A stretch of 51,293 nucleotides of DNA, the filler included, from Circinaria calcarea (taxonomy: Eukaryota): the NCBI GenBank assembly GCA_051942165.1. It is 3 parts of 3 records of this genome, joined end to end, with 100 filler letters (N's around TTAATTAATTAA, not from the genome) between each part and the next. Parts side by side here need not be neighbours in the genome. Positions count along the whole stretch, not along the records: positions 34,267 to 51,293 come from JAVECS010000290.1; 2 more parts are not named here. One strand, written 5' to 3'. This document shows positions 50,698 to 51,293 of the stretch, piece by piece. How positions within the stretch are numbered: the stretch's first letter is position 1; each line of letters starts with the position of its first letter. Under the pieces are notes generated by a model. The model did no database searches and was not told the DNA's origin. It worked only from the letters and a program-made list of their open reading frames with translations. The translations under genes were made by a program, and so were the position numbers.

Positions 50698-51293
50698 TTA
50701 GCTACGCTGTGACTTAACCCCTTGTTTTCGGATCTTCCTAGTAATGCGCAGTCTGGAAGAGACCGGGGCACTTTCTGACGTGACTTTGGAACTGGATCGC
50801 GGAGGCTTTTTCCTTTTGCGAATGCCGGAGGGCCGATGACTTGACCTCATACTGGCCTTGTCTTTCTGCACAATCACAGACTCCCAATTCGTGCCACTAG
50901 CATAGCGCTTGTATATCATCGCCTCCGTTTCCCAATACTCTCTATCCGAAATCAAGTCACGAATGTCATCCGTCGTCACTGAGTGGAGGCGGTCGGATTC
51001 CTTTGATAGCTTTCGAGTTACCAGATCCCAGTATTCTGCATAGTGCGTGGCCTCTGTTTTCCAGTATTGCATGTAGGGTATTGATTGCCGAATCTCATCT
51101 GCTGCTGGCTTGCCGAGGAGTTTCTCAAGCTTGCCTCTAGCTGCTCGAGCAGCTGACTTCCAGTGATCAACCCCCGGTGGGATCTCCATGATAAAGGGTG
51201 TTGATTCTCGGGAATTGAATTCGACTTCGTAGGGACGAGCTGGCTTGTTGTTTGATAGAAGAACTGCCAAATGGTTGGCATCTGGAGGCTGGT
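50698..51293 (-). CDS. Hypothetical protein, frame open to the window end
   Basis: >190 open codons; duplicated YW(K/E)TEA..Y motif; basic C-terminus GIRKRKKP. Confidence 0.5.
   Translation of the reverse strand, partial: QPPDANHLAVLLSNNKPARPYEVEFNSRESTPFIMEIPPGVDHWKSAARAARGKLEKLLGKPAADEIRQSIPYMQYWKTEATHYAEYWDLVTRKLSKESDRLHSVTTDDIRDLISDREYWETEAMIYKRYASGTNWESVIVQKDKASMRSSHRPSGIRKRKKPPRSSSKVTSESAPVSSRLRITRKIRKQGVKSQRS

Overview
Intron-containing nuclear DNA of a filamentous ascomycete (Pezizomycotina; species not determinable from this sequence). The window is not one locus. It is three ~17 kb contigs (17,038, 17,028 and 17,027 nt) joined by artificial N44-TTAATTAATTAA-N44 spacers. Contig 1: IRC6/p34-like (partial), Dma1 FHA-RING ligase, FPGS, a SesB-hydrolase/NB-ARC/TPR fungal NLR, proline iminopeptidase, a secreted Cys-rich protein and MPP-alpha (cut by the gap). 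Contig 2: a ~5 kb decayed accessory region, then CobW/ZNG1, MOB3/phocein, an Aim9-like phosphotransferase, a stand-alone adenylation enzyme and complex I NDUFA5. Contig 3: RDH54, a GABA-type permease, prefoldin 4, a DHA1 MFS transporter, then a decayed zone with an SNF2 helicase relic and a Ty3/Gypsy RT fragment. The most notable item is split across ORF-track fragments at ~19.25-20.09 kb: a free-standing pseudogene fusing about three C2H2-type zinc fingers to an I-PpoI-type His-Cys-box homing-endonuclease domain, outside rDNA and flanked by hairpin-rich segments. All calls come from manual motif reading; no searches or folding programs were run.
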